From Camelus dromedarius (Eukaryota): a DNA stretch of 64,000 bases. Of this stretch, positions 38,620 to 51,794 are shown in pieces; position 1 is the stretch's first letter; each line of letters opens with the position of its first letter. The notes beneath the pieces are model-generated. The model ran no database searches and was not told the origin of the DNA. It saw only the letters and a list, made by a program, of their open reading frames with translations. A program made the position numbers and the translations under genes. The stretch lies in assembly GCF_036321535.1 (NCBI RefSeq), contig NC_087436.1, positions 62,746,001 to 62,810,000 on the forward strand. The letters are read 5' to 3'.

Positions 38620-38790
38620 AAATAATATTTAAAAATTAATATACAAATTACATACAGTAAATTTCACCCTTTTAAAAAAGTGTACAGGTCTGTAAGTTTG
38701 GAGAAATGTATATAGTCCTCAAATTGCATCCATAATCAAGATAAAGAAGAGTTCCATAACCTCAAAAATTTTCTGCTGCTTCTGTTCATG
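38620..38790 (-). mobile_element. Old L1 3' terminal fragment
   Basis: 'ttacatacagtaaatttcacccttt...gtgtacag...ccataatcaagata..gaagagttccataacctcaaaaatt'. Confidence 0.7.
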
Positions 38791-38899
38791 AAAAATTGCA
38801 CAGGACAGAGTTAACTCTTAACTGTCTCCTCACCCTTTATTTAGCTGAACTCATCTTACTGGTGTTTGATGTTATATTCCATAATTAAAATGGCACTTG

Positions 38900-39060
38900 A
38901 TATGAAGATGGAACCAGGGACAAGGAATCAGAGTTTTAGTTTGGATCTGTCACTCTTTTTTTCACACTAAGTTCTCTAAGGGTCCCTTCCCTTATCTACA
39001 AAATGAGAACATTCAACTAAGTTATATTCATGTGGCTTCTCTACCATAATCTGAAACTGT
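38900..39060 (+). mobile_element. MIR-family fragment
   Basis: 'ggaatcagag...ggatctgtcact...ttcccttatctacaaaatgaga'. Confidence 0.45.
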
Positions 39061-39703
39061 TATAAATCATAGTTTCATCTTAGAACACACATTGTTTTTA
39101 TTCATTAACTCTTACTTATCTATCTCCCGCACATGCTCTGCTTGTGTGTGTATGAATATGCTTGTGTGAACTATTGCTAATATTTGAATGCTAATATTTG
39201 GAGCATTGAATAACAGAGTTATATATTTGTGAATTAGGTTTCTTCATTTAATAATACATCATGATTTCTTATTTCATATCAGAGTGCAAAGACTGAACAA
39301 TTTTTGAAAAATAACAAATACATGTTTATTAAAAATTTTATATATTATAACAAGTTAATATCTATTGGGGCAACAGTAAACTTATTAAATGCAAAATATA
39401 TTTAAAAATAATTTGTTAATTCATCTCAGTAATAGTCAAGTAGCTTAATTTATATAATTTGCCAATGGTTTTTTCTAAACAGTATGCATGCATGTGTTGT
39501 ATGTCAAAATGATCATGGCTTCCCACTCACCAGGAAGAAAACAGTCCTGAAACTCTTGTTATTTTATAAAAGATTAACAGAGATGAACTTTTAAGAGAGC
39601 ATTTACATTAAGCAGGATAATTATTAAGATATTGTCTTTCTCACTAGATAATTAAGAATCCATTCAAAAGAAAATGAAGAATTTCTTAAAGAAAGAAAAT
39701 TAA

Positions 39704-39753
39704 GTATGTGTATGTTTGTGTGTGTGCACATGTACGTGTGTGTATGTGTGTGT
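39704..39753. repeat. Imperfect (TG)n
   Basis: Read directly. Confidence 0.8.
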
Positions 39754-41295
39754 TGGGGGGATAGTCATCAGAAGGAGATGACTCAAAAGACAATTAAGAA
39801 TCCATTACTGAGTTTCAGAAACAAGAGGAAAAAAACTCAAAATGAAAACAATACAAATTATTAACTCACGACATTTCTTCTATCTGCTAAAATGTAACTG
39901 CACACTTCAAAACTCAATCTGTCTGTGTCTGGTAGGTCACTCAGATATCTCATCAGAAAGGCTTATCCCATTTTTATAATCACCAAGAACTTATTTAGAG
40001 AAGCACTAAAAATACTTAAAAAGTAGGGAAGCTGGCATGAGGGCATTCCATCGGCAGTGCAGTTCTGTCTTTCTGGGTTATACTTTGCAGTAATTTAAAA
40101 ACTGAAGATATTTATGAAATTAAAATACTGCTGACTCCAGCAGGTTTGCAAACTGCAGGCTTAATACATTTGTTAAGAGCAGTGCATGTTTGACATTGCA
40201 GAAAATCCCATGGACGGTCCCCAGTTCCCCTCTCCACTGAAGCAGGAGGCATAATCCGGACATGAAAAAGAATAAAAGATAGCTGCTTTTGATCAGCCCA
40301 GTCTTATAATACAAGAAAATTTGCTTTCTCCAAGATTAAACATCCAGTGGTATGGTCCAGTGATTATATTTCAGCAAGAATATATTTCCCTTTGGGAGAA
40401 TATGTAAGATTGCTGACTAGAGATAATTAAAGGATCCGCAATTTCAAAATACAGCAGTGGCCAGAGTATGCTACATCAAACACATGCAAAAGTAAAAAAC
40501 AAATTCAAGTTTTAAAACCAACACTTCATTTGTTGATCAGCAATTGGGATTCCTTAAAGCAATAAATTACTTAGGCTACACTTAATATATGACAATTTGA
40601 GTCAATTTTCTCGTCATTCCTTAATAACAAAATCCTAATTGTTTATTTCTTGTTGGTTTCACGAGATCATTTGAATTACTGATTCTTTCCTTTAATGTTG
40701 AACTGCCATGTGCTTAAGATGTCTAAAAGGATGTGGGAAATATGAGATAAGCATAAAAATGTTAATTCAAAACATAAACTCTCTTTGATTTTTCACGTTA
40801 GTCATCTAATTACAATTTTGGATGCAGGGTTGAAGAGGAAGAGGAAAGCATGCTTGCTACTTATTGCTTTAAGCAAAGTCCTGTCTTATATGTTTTTATG
40901 TCTTCACATCCGTTGACCATAGCAGTGATAAATCGTTAAGTAAATCATTCCAGATCATATAACAGAGAGTTTGGAGTAACAGTTCTAGATAACTGTTGTG
41001 GACAATTTTGAGTAAATTTATAAAATGTGATCCTTTTCAGAATGCTTTAGGCAAATGTCTAAAGATATTTCTAGATAATGCCTAAGCTAAGCAATATGAA
41101 TTAATAAATTAATTCAGAAAATTATGATTACATTTGCCATGGCAATGCTAATGCTTTACTTTAACTAGATCTGTCTTCATTAGGCACATTTGTGACTATT
41201 AATAAGAGATAATGCACCAGAATTTTACAGACATATAAATTATTTCATACTAAAATTCTAGGCATTTAAATTCTTTTACATATTGATATTTAAAC

Positions 41296-41341
41296 ATATA
41301 TATGCATATGTATATGTGTGTGTGTATATATATATATATAT
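41296..41341. repeat. Compound (TA)/(TG) microsatellite
   Basis: Read directly. Confidence 0.85.
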
Positions 41342-43136
41342 CAATCGCTGCTTAAATCTACAAATGACTATTTTTCACTATAAATAGGATATAGTCATTT
41401 AAACTATGAAGTATTCTTACATGTAAAGGTTCATCTGTTTCTGATCATTTAATGTAAAAAAGACCAGTATTAAATTATAAACATAAAGCAACAGCTACAT
41501 AGAATAATGAACATTTATAAGCAAAGCCTTAGCCCAATCTTACTCCTAAGACTGAGCTATAAACTCCCACGTCACAGTGCTCTGCTTATATTAACTTCAA
41601 GGGAAGAAATAGTGGAATATTTTGCCCATTTAAAATACACATTAATGAGGGCTGTTCCCTCCAGGATCTTTCCTTATCTAATGTGGGTGAGAAGAAATGA
41701 ATGGCCACCAATGCAGTTAGTTTAGCCACTGGAAAATTAGATTCACACCTCCTCTTTATCATCCCCACAGGATCTGTTATAAACTTGGTTTAGATGCCCA
41801 CAAGTTTAACTGAATTTGAGTTAGCATTGCGACGTCTTCATTTGTCAAATTAATGGACCACCAATTTAGCAATGAGGAGATGGCCTGAAGGAAATTGAGC
41901 CCAGAGGAAACAAGTTTTCCTTAGTGGTAAGGAATGGAAATTCTGAAGCAAGAAGACAGTTCTGGTTTTAGAAGAATACCAGAGTAATGGTGCCTGAGAA
42001 GTCAGTAGTAAGGTGACTTTTCTACGTGGAAGGAAAGCACCATGGCAAAAACAGACTCCATGATGAGTTCATTTTGTCATGGACCATATGTAATACTTAA
42101 TTTGATAGGAACTGTTTATACTGCTTCTCTCAGGGGTCTTCAATGACCTCTACCACTTGCCCAATCCAATCCACATTAATCTAAACCCATTTAGAACCAA
42201 TATACATGGCTCCATGACAGAATGAGCTAAAAAATTACTCTCAGTCTTACTCTCAGGAAATTTGAAAATGTGTATGTGATGACAACATTTTCCTGGTCTA
42301 AGTATCCCCCTCATACTCTAGAGTGCTGGACTTTGGAGTTTTAATTTCGAGCAGACTCATGATCATTTTCCTTTGGAAAGTCCTGATCTTATCTTCAGAT
42401 TTTCTGCTCTCAGGTTTGAATAATAAGGGAACCTAGCTCCCAATTAGGACAAGAATGTAAGTTATATCCTTTCAAAGATTTGCAAATTTAAGTTTTAATC
42501 AAAAAGTCTAGCGTGGGTCACTGATATCTAAAACAAATGAAAAGTGATCAATTTAAAATGTATAAATGCTAGTAATATATACATATATATATTTTTTAAT
42601 GACTAAATTAAAAGTAAACTTCTGGAAGACATTTCAGGCAGAACTCAGGGTTCTTTCCATTTGGTTTGTCTCAACATTTCTATGACTAGTGAGCTCTGGA
42701 GATTATAGGCCTTCTCTGAAAGTTGACATTATGCCTAGAAACAGTATCTTGAATCTCCAGCCAAACACCTAGCTGAAATATTTGTTACTTCAAAGGGCTA
42801 CCTAAGGTATTGGTCAACATTTCACTATTTCAAATACTCAGGATAAATGATCTTACATGCAATTAGCCTACTTCATAGGGTCACCCAACAATCCAAGTGT
42901 GCTCAAGGACAGACCATTATGTGTATCAACCATTATGCCTGGCACACTGAGAGCTCCATTGGTTAGCAGTAGGACAAACAAAATTACAGTCCAACCTGGG
43001 ACCTATTCAAGAATGAAAAGAATACTAAAATTATTGAAATCTATCACTTTTGAAATGGAGGTTGATACAATGTTTTATTTTATTGGATGCATATTTCCAA
43101 AATAAAATTATTTTAAAATTATTTTTATTAAAAAAG

Positions 43137-43274
43137 TTTTTGGTGTGGGAGGTAATTAGGTTTATTTATTTATTTATTTTTAGAGGAGGTTCTGGGGATT
43201 GAACCCAGGACCTCCTGCACAGGACTTTGTGCATGCTAAGCATGTGCCCTACTGCTTGAGCTATACCCTACCCC
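43137..43274 (-). mobile_element. Vic-1-type camelid SINE with an internal 14-bp duplication
   Basis: 'ggaggtaattaggtttatttatttatt...ctggggattgaacccaggacc...gtgcatgctaagcatg...gagctataccctacccc'; colinear with the 12739-12872 copy. Confidence 0.9.
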
Positions 43275-43916
43275 GCAAAATTGTTGTTTTTTTTAATAAA
43301 AATGTTGCTGTGCATGTTAAGGCAAGAAAATATTTCATACTGATTATTGAAACACTAACAATAGTATAATTCTAGGTACACATCCGTGTATTTAATTAAT
43401 TTCTAGGTCATATATATCTTTAGTAACATTTCTATAGTATTTTTCTAAAAATGTATTTTTCCATATGTTATCAGCATTTTATTTTTTATTTACCTGCAAT
43501 ATTTATTCAAATTGTATTTACTGGTGTATATATACATACTTCATATGTATATGAAAAACAGCCATTTCCACAGTTTCTAATCACTAGTCTATAATATTTT
43601 TACTTGAAAATCAAACACTAAATAATATTTTTACTAGTTCTGATTATCATTTTTTAGATCAAAGTCTACTGAATAGAGACCATTCTCGATATATTTTTTT
43701 TTTCCTGTGTAAATGTTTCAGTGCAAATATCTGTCCTCTTTTCTGACATTTTTGAGGATTCTTTGGTATAATGAGTTGTTTCTACATTCTCCTCATTAGT
43801 GGCTTATAGGCTGACTCAGATCTATTTCATTTCATCTATCTACCTGCCAGATACTAAACTTCCGTGATCAGTGTCTCTTGCTCTATTCTCTCCAAACTTC
43901 TTGGTCTAAGTCCTTT

Positions 43917-43939
43917 AAAAAAAAAAAAAAAAAAAAAAA
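43917..43939. repeat. A23 mononucleotide run
   Basis: Read directly; no retroposon body recognised upstream. Confidence 0.9.
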
Positions 43940-44299
43940 CCACTTTAATTTTAATGGGGTTTTGGGAGGGAGTAAAATTCTCAGTGCCAGCAATACACAG
44001 AGAGATTTAAATAAGTATTAGCATGCTCACAACTCACAGATTTCAGCTTTTTAAAGAAACAAAAGTTATGCATCCTAGTGGTTGTAGATGGCTATGGCTA
44101 TGTGGTATTATTTCCATCAAGGAAATTTAAAAAAAGATAAATATATTCACTTTCTCTTTTCCCTAGAGAAAATCTAGGTTGTGTTCCTATTCAACTAGCA
44201 TTGGTCATAGAAAAAAAAAAAAAAGCAGTCTTTAAAAATGAGAAATGTAGGACCTTTCTATAAGACAGTTCTTGTGTGTTATTTTTTAAAGTCACTCTG

Positions 44300-44462
44300 C
44301 AGATCTGTCTAGTTGCTGTGTGCTAGCCAGTAGCCACACAGAGCACTTGAAATGTGCCTACTGTGTCTGAGTAAATAAACTTTAATGGAATTTAACTTAT
44401 CAATTTAAATTTAAATGTACACAGTCACAGACCTCATGGCTACCATTTTGGGCAATGCTGCT
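44300..44462. mobile_element. MER3-like hAT-Charlie fragment
   Basis: 'tagccagtagccacac..gagcacttgaaatgtg...aatttaaatttaaat...tggctaccattttgggcaatgc'. Confidence 0.7.
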
Positions 44463-46351
44463 GTCTTTAAAGAATCAGGTAATAACTTCTTTTAACACAT
44501 TTAAAAAATACTTATGTATTTATAGAGCTTTAAGTAGTCATTTCCCCTTAATGTAGGTTAAGATATATGCTTCCTTTTATTTGCTAAAGATTGAAATCAT
44601 ATTGAAAATCATAAGCGAGAAATAATAGCAGCCAACTTCATCAAGCATATCATCTTTTCCTGTATTTTTTTCTTTCTTGAAATTTTCAATTGTTTTAACT
44701 TAAAGCTAATTTAAGCATTTTTTAAGGAAATTAAAGATCAGTCTACTGGAAATAAAACTGGCACAAATGCCTCAGCACTGAAAACAAAGAAAACAAACAA
44801 GATTTTTTATCTCTTATAGATAAGCCTCACAACCATAAATGTTTATCCATAAAGCCTTGCTTTTGAGACGTGTAGATTTTGTGATGTAAGTCCATAAAAT
44901 GTAAAAATTGTCCTTTTTCTTTCTTTGAAAACATTAGCAAATCAGGAACTGCTGGTAAATTCTGTTGCTCTCATTATAGTCAAAATAACAGTACATCTTG
45001 AATTATTTTAATATAATGACTGTGTTTGTTTTTAACATTTTATTTTCTCAAAATGGTCCTTTTAGCATTCAGCTTTAATAATCCAGCTTTTATTTCATTA
45101 GATTTCAGGTTTTTTTAAGGCTCTATTCTCATCTCAATGTAAAATAAACTAAAAAACCACCAATAAATAAAAATGACAAAAAATTCTGTATTAAAATAAG
45201 GTTATTAATGTCTCAGGTGTATATTCTCCTGGGGCATGGTAATTTATTGAATTAATCACTAATTAAATATTGTGCCAGTGTCAGACATATATTGAATAGC
45301 TATGAACTGATCTATACCTTGTCAAATAAGTCTCCCAAGAGATAGTAAAATAAATCATCTTTTTAATTTTGAGTTGATGGCCAACTCAGTGGTCACACAA
45401 TTAAATTTACGTGTCGAGGCAGAATCTGGTCTTATAATCTGACTTTTTTTCATCTGTCATGGCTAGAAATATAGGCATTAACATCATGTAAAAGCAATTA
45501 TAGGCAAACATCAAGCCGCAGTAATATGCCTTAGTATTTCAAATTTTAATTTAGGTAAAGTTATGTACACATAATTTTACTTGGTCTAAAATCTTAATAT
45601 GAAGACTGAATTCCAATGAACTTTTTATTTCAGTTCTCCCCCAAATTAAGAGTAGATACAAACGTATAGGTAATTATGTAAACAGATACTTGAATCTAAA
45701 AATCTTTTATCATTTTTAACCTAAAATTTAGCAATAAGTATAAGCCATTATAAAGTTAACATCACTACACAGTAATAAGGAGATAAATCCTAAAATGCCT
45801 TGAAGATAATCACACATGTTTAGGATTTCAGAATGGTTCATTCATATAATACATACTGTCTCATTCATAAATGAGTGTTCAGTTTCTGTTCTAAAACTAG
45901 AGTGTCATAAATGTGGAGTTTATGATTTAAAAAATAACCTCAAGATTTTTAAATTAAGATATTTACATTCTCTTTCGTGATTATTCTTTGGTCAATAAAA
46001 TGACTACTGAATTGATTGTCCATAAAGTTCAGGCATTTGCTATTCAATTCCTAATGCTAATGATTTCCCAAGGAGCTTTTAGAACTGCTTACCAAATTAT
46101 ATTATCCAACAAAGATGCTAACACTTTTAATCCTCATCCAGTAGTTTCCATTCTATTGCATATTCTGTGAGCAAAACAGATCTAGTTGATTAGAAATGGG
46201 TTTGGTAGCTCAGTGAAATGTGTTTGCCACAATTTTTTACAGCAGTTTTACCTCGAATCCAAGTCTATTTGTTTAACTAAAAACATACCAACTGACTGAG
46301 TCAAGTAGTTCAAACAAGAAGATAATTCTGCCTAATGGCAACAGATGAGTA

Positions 46352-46710
46352 TGTGAAAGTTATGAATGTTTGTGTACCCCCAAAGTTCATGTAATGAATC
46401 CTAACCATTAAGGTGATGGTAGTAGAAGGTGGGGCCTTTGGGAGGTAGTTAGGTTATGAGGGAGGAACCATCATGAATGAGATTAGTGCCCTTATAAAAC
46501 AGGCTTAAAAGAGATCTTCTACCAGGTAAAGATACAATGAGAAGTTGGCAGTCTGCAAACCAGAAGAGGGCCTTCAGCAGGTCCCCACCATGTTGGCATC
46601 CTGCTCTTATACACTTCTATAGATTTCATTACTTTGCAAAATAACTTTTTAGCATTTATAAGCCACTTAGTCTATGGCATTCTGTTGTAACAGCCTGAAT
46701 GGGCTAAGAA
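46352..46710 (+). mobile_element. MLT1A0-like solo LTR (ERVL-MaLR)
   Basis: 'tgaatgtttgtgtacccccaaagttcatg...aggtggggcctttgggagg...gattagtgcccttataaaa...ccagaagagggcc...tttataagccac..agtctatgg...cagcctgaatgggctaaga'. Confidence 0.88.
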
Positions 46711-48674
46711 AATACATAAATAAATAAATTTAATACTATTCTTCATTTTTAATATGAGATTTGGGAAAATAAAGTAAACAGAGAAAGATGTGTTTTCAAA
46801 GAATTTTGCAAAATTAATTTGAGATAAATATTATAACTTGATGATTTGAGAAAAAAGGGAGATTTACATATGATACAAATTAATCCAGAAAGGTTCAAGT
46901 CATTTCTGGGGGGTGATTTTTTTCATCTGCTCTGCATAGTTGCTAGCTTCTTGTTTCCACTTGTATATTTTCTTAGAAGTAATTTGATGTTTACAGAAGA
47001 TTTGCAGTATCTGGGGATGACCTCCTTTTATGAGGAAATACCCATTTTGTATTTTGGTCTTTTCCTCCATCTAATTAAAGAGTAGGACAGCTAAAAATGT
47101 TTCTGCTTGTGTCAGGCATATTAATGATACTAGGATACTCAGTTACCAACTGTTAACATCTAGCTAAAATCCTTTAGTCAAAGTAAATATTGGCAAGTCA
47201 ATATCAAAGTTATCAAGTGTTACATTTTTACTAGTGATTTTCCTATTACTTTGAAATCTCTTCCAGCTTTCAGGCTTGAAAAATCCACTCATCCTTATCT
47301 ACCTAAACTCATTTTTTACTATTCTTTGATATCTATGCCATATTTAATAAGCAAAACATAAAGTGTTTGGTTGATCTATGTTCCAATACATCCACTTTAC
47401 TGAAACAAATCCTTCCCAGTCTCACAGTATCTCTCCTGCTCAGATGATCTCAGTGCTAATTGATCTTGTTTTCTTCCACATCTCTGTGTTATGAGGAGTT
47501 ATTTCATTTATGTATTTATGTATCTCCTGCAATGTCTGGAATAATCCTAAAACAGCAATTAGCAACTGCTTCAGAAATAAGGATGTGTACACAAAAAAAA
47601 CAAACTTTATAAATTAAATCAAGTAGAACTGATTAGTATAAGTAAGTTAGTTTCTATGCATAATAACAATAGAGTTAGTCATTGTCTATACAGCAGCAAC
47701 ATAAACAAAGTAATTTTACAGAAACTTTCAGTTCAATTGATTTGTTTTTAAATATACTGAAAGGGAATATTTTTTGTGACTAAATGCATAGCCGTAACCT
47801 TCATAATTTTTCTAAATCTGCCATCTTCCGAGGAAGTCTTCAAAAGTTTATTATGTTTAGAGAGTGTTCAGCGGAAACAATGTTGTGAGCAGTATTTTTA
47901 TTTAACATAAGGACAAAATGAACACATATCTATTATTATATGGTCAAAGGGACAGCCTGTTATAAGTGAAATGCTTCTCAGTGACAAGTATTAATATTGA
48001 AAATGTGAATTCTAGTAACAACAAAAATTGTCCCAAGTAGAGAAAGAAATAAAAGAACAAAAAAATCATATTAAACACTCCCCCTCAAAAAGGAAAGATG
48101 AAGTGACTGAGATATTCAACTTTTTAAATGGGTGCTGTAACTATTGGCAGACCTTAAATTAGAAGCTCAGGTGTAAATATGTTTTTTCATTCCTTTGATT
48201 TTGGTTTTCTGCTAAAATTTTCAATTTCAGACAAATAATTTGATTAATATATTCTTTCTAATAAGTAACAATAGTGAAAGCATTTGCCCTTTGTTTATGA
48301 AACTTCTTGATACAAATTATGTTATTTGATAATTAGGTGCCTTTCTTCTATAAACTTAGTTGCAATGGTTAGGGGAAGTAAATAAATATCTTGAAATTTG
48401 GAGTTAGCTAATCAGGGCCTCTTTACCAACATATTGGCAATAGTTTCAGTGTTGATAAGCTTCTAATTGCTGATTGGTCTTCTCTCTCCTGAATATTTTT
48501 CTTAGTTTTTGATGGGGATTTTAAGCTAAACAACCAGGAGGGATTTCACCATTGTGACTGAGGCCTGATTGTGACAATTTCAGAAATTACAATACTTTCA
48601 ATAAACTGGGTGAGTAAATCAGCGGAAGAAAAAAATCTGATGGTATATGACAAATTCACAGGAAAACTCAAAAC

Positions 48675-48790
48675 AGCTGTCATTTGGCTACTTCAGTTTT
48701 CCATAATGGACACTCATGTTTTGGTAGAAAATCTATTATCTTCCATGTTGAGGATTACTATGAAGATTATATAAAACTATGATGAAATGG
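48675..48790 (+). mobile_element. Degenerate MIR fragment
   Basis: 'cttcagttttcc...gattactatgaagattatataaaa'. Confidence 0.35.
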
Positions 48791-51700
48791 ATTCTTTTTT
48801 TTTTTTTTTTGCTTTCGTTTTTGGTGAGAAAAATACAATGGGAACTGAAGCTTAAACATCAGGGGGTTAAAATTTTATTTTATTTTCTAACTTATTTCCG
48901 AAGGCTGCTATATAAAATGTATGGTTAGTTTTTCCTGAATAGAAAATATATAGGTTATTCAGATTTAATCAAAACCAGAATCTAAAAAACACATTATAGT
49001 TTATGGAGCCATCACAACTGTGATTTAAATGCACATGCAAATAAATTGCCTCTAAAACAACCAACTCCTTTTAGTTTATTTAAATAGCTGAATACAAGAT
49101 CTTGGATTAAAAAAATGCAAACTCTGGCAGCAATTTTATGAGTAGAAAAATGTTTTCATTCAAACCAAACACTATGTTTTATCTAGATCCTATAAATATC
49201 CCTCATCTGTTTCAAAAAAAGAGAAAATCAGGCAATTTTAATATTGGAGAACTTGTAGAAATTTAGTTAACAGTATCTTTCAGAATATATCACCTCTTCA
49301 TATTAGTGAACTATGAATTTTGACTTTTTCCATTTTCATCAAATTTGTCTGTTTTAATAGAACAAATTTAAGACATGTTTAAATTTTCCCCTCAAATTAG
49401 AATATTGAGAAATCTGTTCTACCTGTTTGTCTTTATAATTTATAGTTTCTGGTGAATATTTAAAATCTAATAGATGTCTGTGACAAATAAGGAAAGAATA
49501 CAATTTAGTTTTCTTCCCAAGGAGTGTTAAGTAAAACAACTGAAATAAAACATCTTATGCAGTGTTCAGCATAAAATATACATTTAATAAATGCATAATA
49601 TTTTTAAAGTAAAATTTGAAAACTGTAAATAAAAAGATAAAATCTTCCCTAAAATGTATAAATCCTTTCAACCTAATTATTATTTCATGCTAAAATTGTT
49701 TTCCATATTTTATACTTCAAAGTCCTTGGTACAGTCATCACAAGTAATTATTCTGAGAGAAAAATGAGTCTTTCTCTTTAAAAAGTTATATTAAGAGAAT
49801 TTTTGAAAATATGTATACTTAATAGGTAACTAAAGTTTTGTGTCTTCATAAAATGAACTTCCTAAGGAAACATACACTCTTTTGGAAAAAGTTGTTTCCG
49901 ATACAGGATTACTAATTTTAATTACTTGCAATCTACACTTTCAGAACGTATTTTTTCGGGTATATATGTCTTATTTTGTTGTTGCTCTTTATGTAATCCA
50001 TCTGAATAGTTGGTAGTCGGATTTAAAATCAGCCAATTGATCTTATTTCCTGTGTTCAGAATTAATAGCTAGAGGTCTTCAGAGAAAACTTTTGTTTTGG
50101 GAAGGGTTTTTCCTTGAGTTTCATAGCAACTTAATAGCTTAAATTTCCAGTCAAACAGAATCATGCTTTTAATCATGGTTTTGTCAGGTTCCTACTAGAA
50201 AAATTATATGTATATATATTTAAACTATTAAATATAATTTTTAAATACTTCTTTTTTACATGATAAAAAGCATGTTTCTGTGTTGTTCCCTATGAAGATC
50301 TATACTACTGTTTAGATTGATTATGTTATACAGTTAACTTTTGGCTGAATAGTCATTTTTTTTCCCAAAAAATATTTAAGTGATAGAACATAAGATGCAA
50401 AACAATTGTCATGTCATGTCAGAAATTTTTAGGCAGGCACATGGTATAAGAGATATAACCCTTGAGTGACTGAGTGTGAGTAAATGTCAAGAGAAATGAG
50501 AATAATATATTAGCCATTAAAAACTAAGTATAAGTGAAAACATAATGCCATGTAAATCTGTATGTTCTTCCCATTTGAGGACTATCATAGCCTGAAAACA
50601 GTATGAAACAAAAATTATATGTTTGTTATATTGCACTGTCATTGTGTGTGTGTGTGGTGGGGAGACAGAAGGAGAGACTATAATGTGATATCATAAGGAT
50701 GTCATAACCTGGGGTTCAAGGTCTGCTTAGTAGAGATCCAGAAAAGTCTGAGGTGAAAGGAATAAAAGAACAGCACAAACACAGGAACAGCAGGGAGCAC
50801 TTCTTTCAGACAAGCAAAATGTGTATCAAACTGCGATGGCCATGATAATTATGGGTTCTCTGACCTAAGGAAACAGAAAAGAATGCAGAAATGGGGATTT
50901 TGGAAAGTAGCAAGGCTGACATACATGCAAATATGTGATCTTACTCCGAAATTGTGTTTAATACCAAGGAAGGAGTCTGATATTGAATCCTCTTATCAGG
51001 AACCTGATGACAAGTATGTGGCAAAATGATTAGCTCCCCTGACACGTTCCAGCTGACATCCTCCAAAAGCAAGATTCAGTCCAGGAACACTCGTTCAAGT
51101 CGCATCTTCATGCAACAGCTAACACTGTCATTATAGTGTTTGTGCTTGTGTGTGAGTGTGAGTGTGCTTGTGTTTCTAAAGATGAGATTATTTTCATATG
51201 CTAACACAAATCATTTTCAAAACTCTTCCATCAGTAGAAGTTTCTATGAAGTACACAGGGAAGGCATAAACACTTGAACAGAAAATCCCTGAGCAGCTAT
51301 CAGCAGGAATGGAGCTGAGCGGGCTAACCTCACTTACCTGAAAAAATAATACCATCAATAATTTCTGCCCTCAGGGTAGTGTCTTTTTTTTTTTTTTTTT
51401 TTAAGATATGCCCTCATTCTAAGGAAAGTCTTTCTTTCTTTAGAAAGAGCTTTAGAATACCAACCGTGAAAAAATAAACAAAACACTCCAGCAGTTTTCC
51501 TGGGGCTCATCAAGAACTGACAAGTCTAAATTACCAATAGTCCTGATCTAAAAGTTGTTTTATTAGGTTGAGTTTTCCAAAGTGAAGGAGAATTTACAGA
51601 AGAACTGTTGTTAAAAGAAGAACAAATTAAGTGGGAAAAAAACAGGTTGAATACAGTGAAATCAGTATTGGAATATTTTAATAATTAAATGATTTAAACT

Positions 51701-51794
51701 CACAATCGATATCTATGACCAAAAGTTGCTTAGAACAAGGGTAGAATAAGCAGCGCCAATCTATTAGTGTCGTGTTTATCTTGCGGTAGACACG

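Noticed and set aside
3463..43233. Recurrent ~14-bp tandem duplications (3463, 7005, 39175, 43206) as a common mechanism
   Set aside because: The sequences are unrelated and other periods (8, 11, 15) also occur; consistent with ordinary slippage or end-joining duplications
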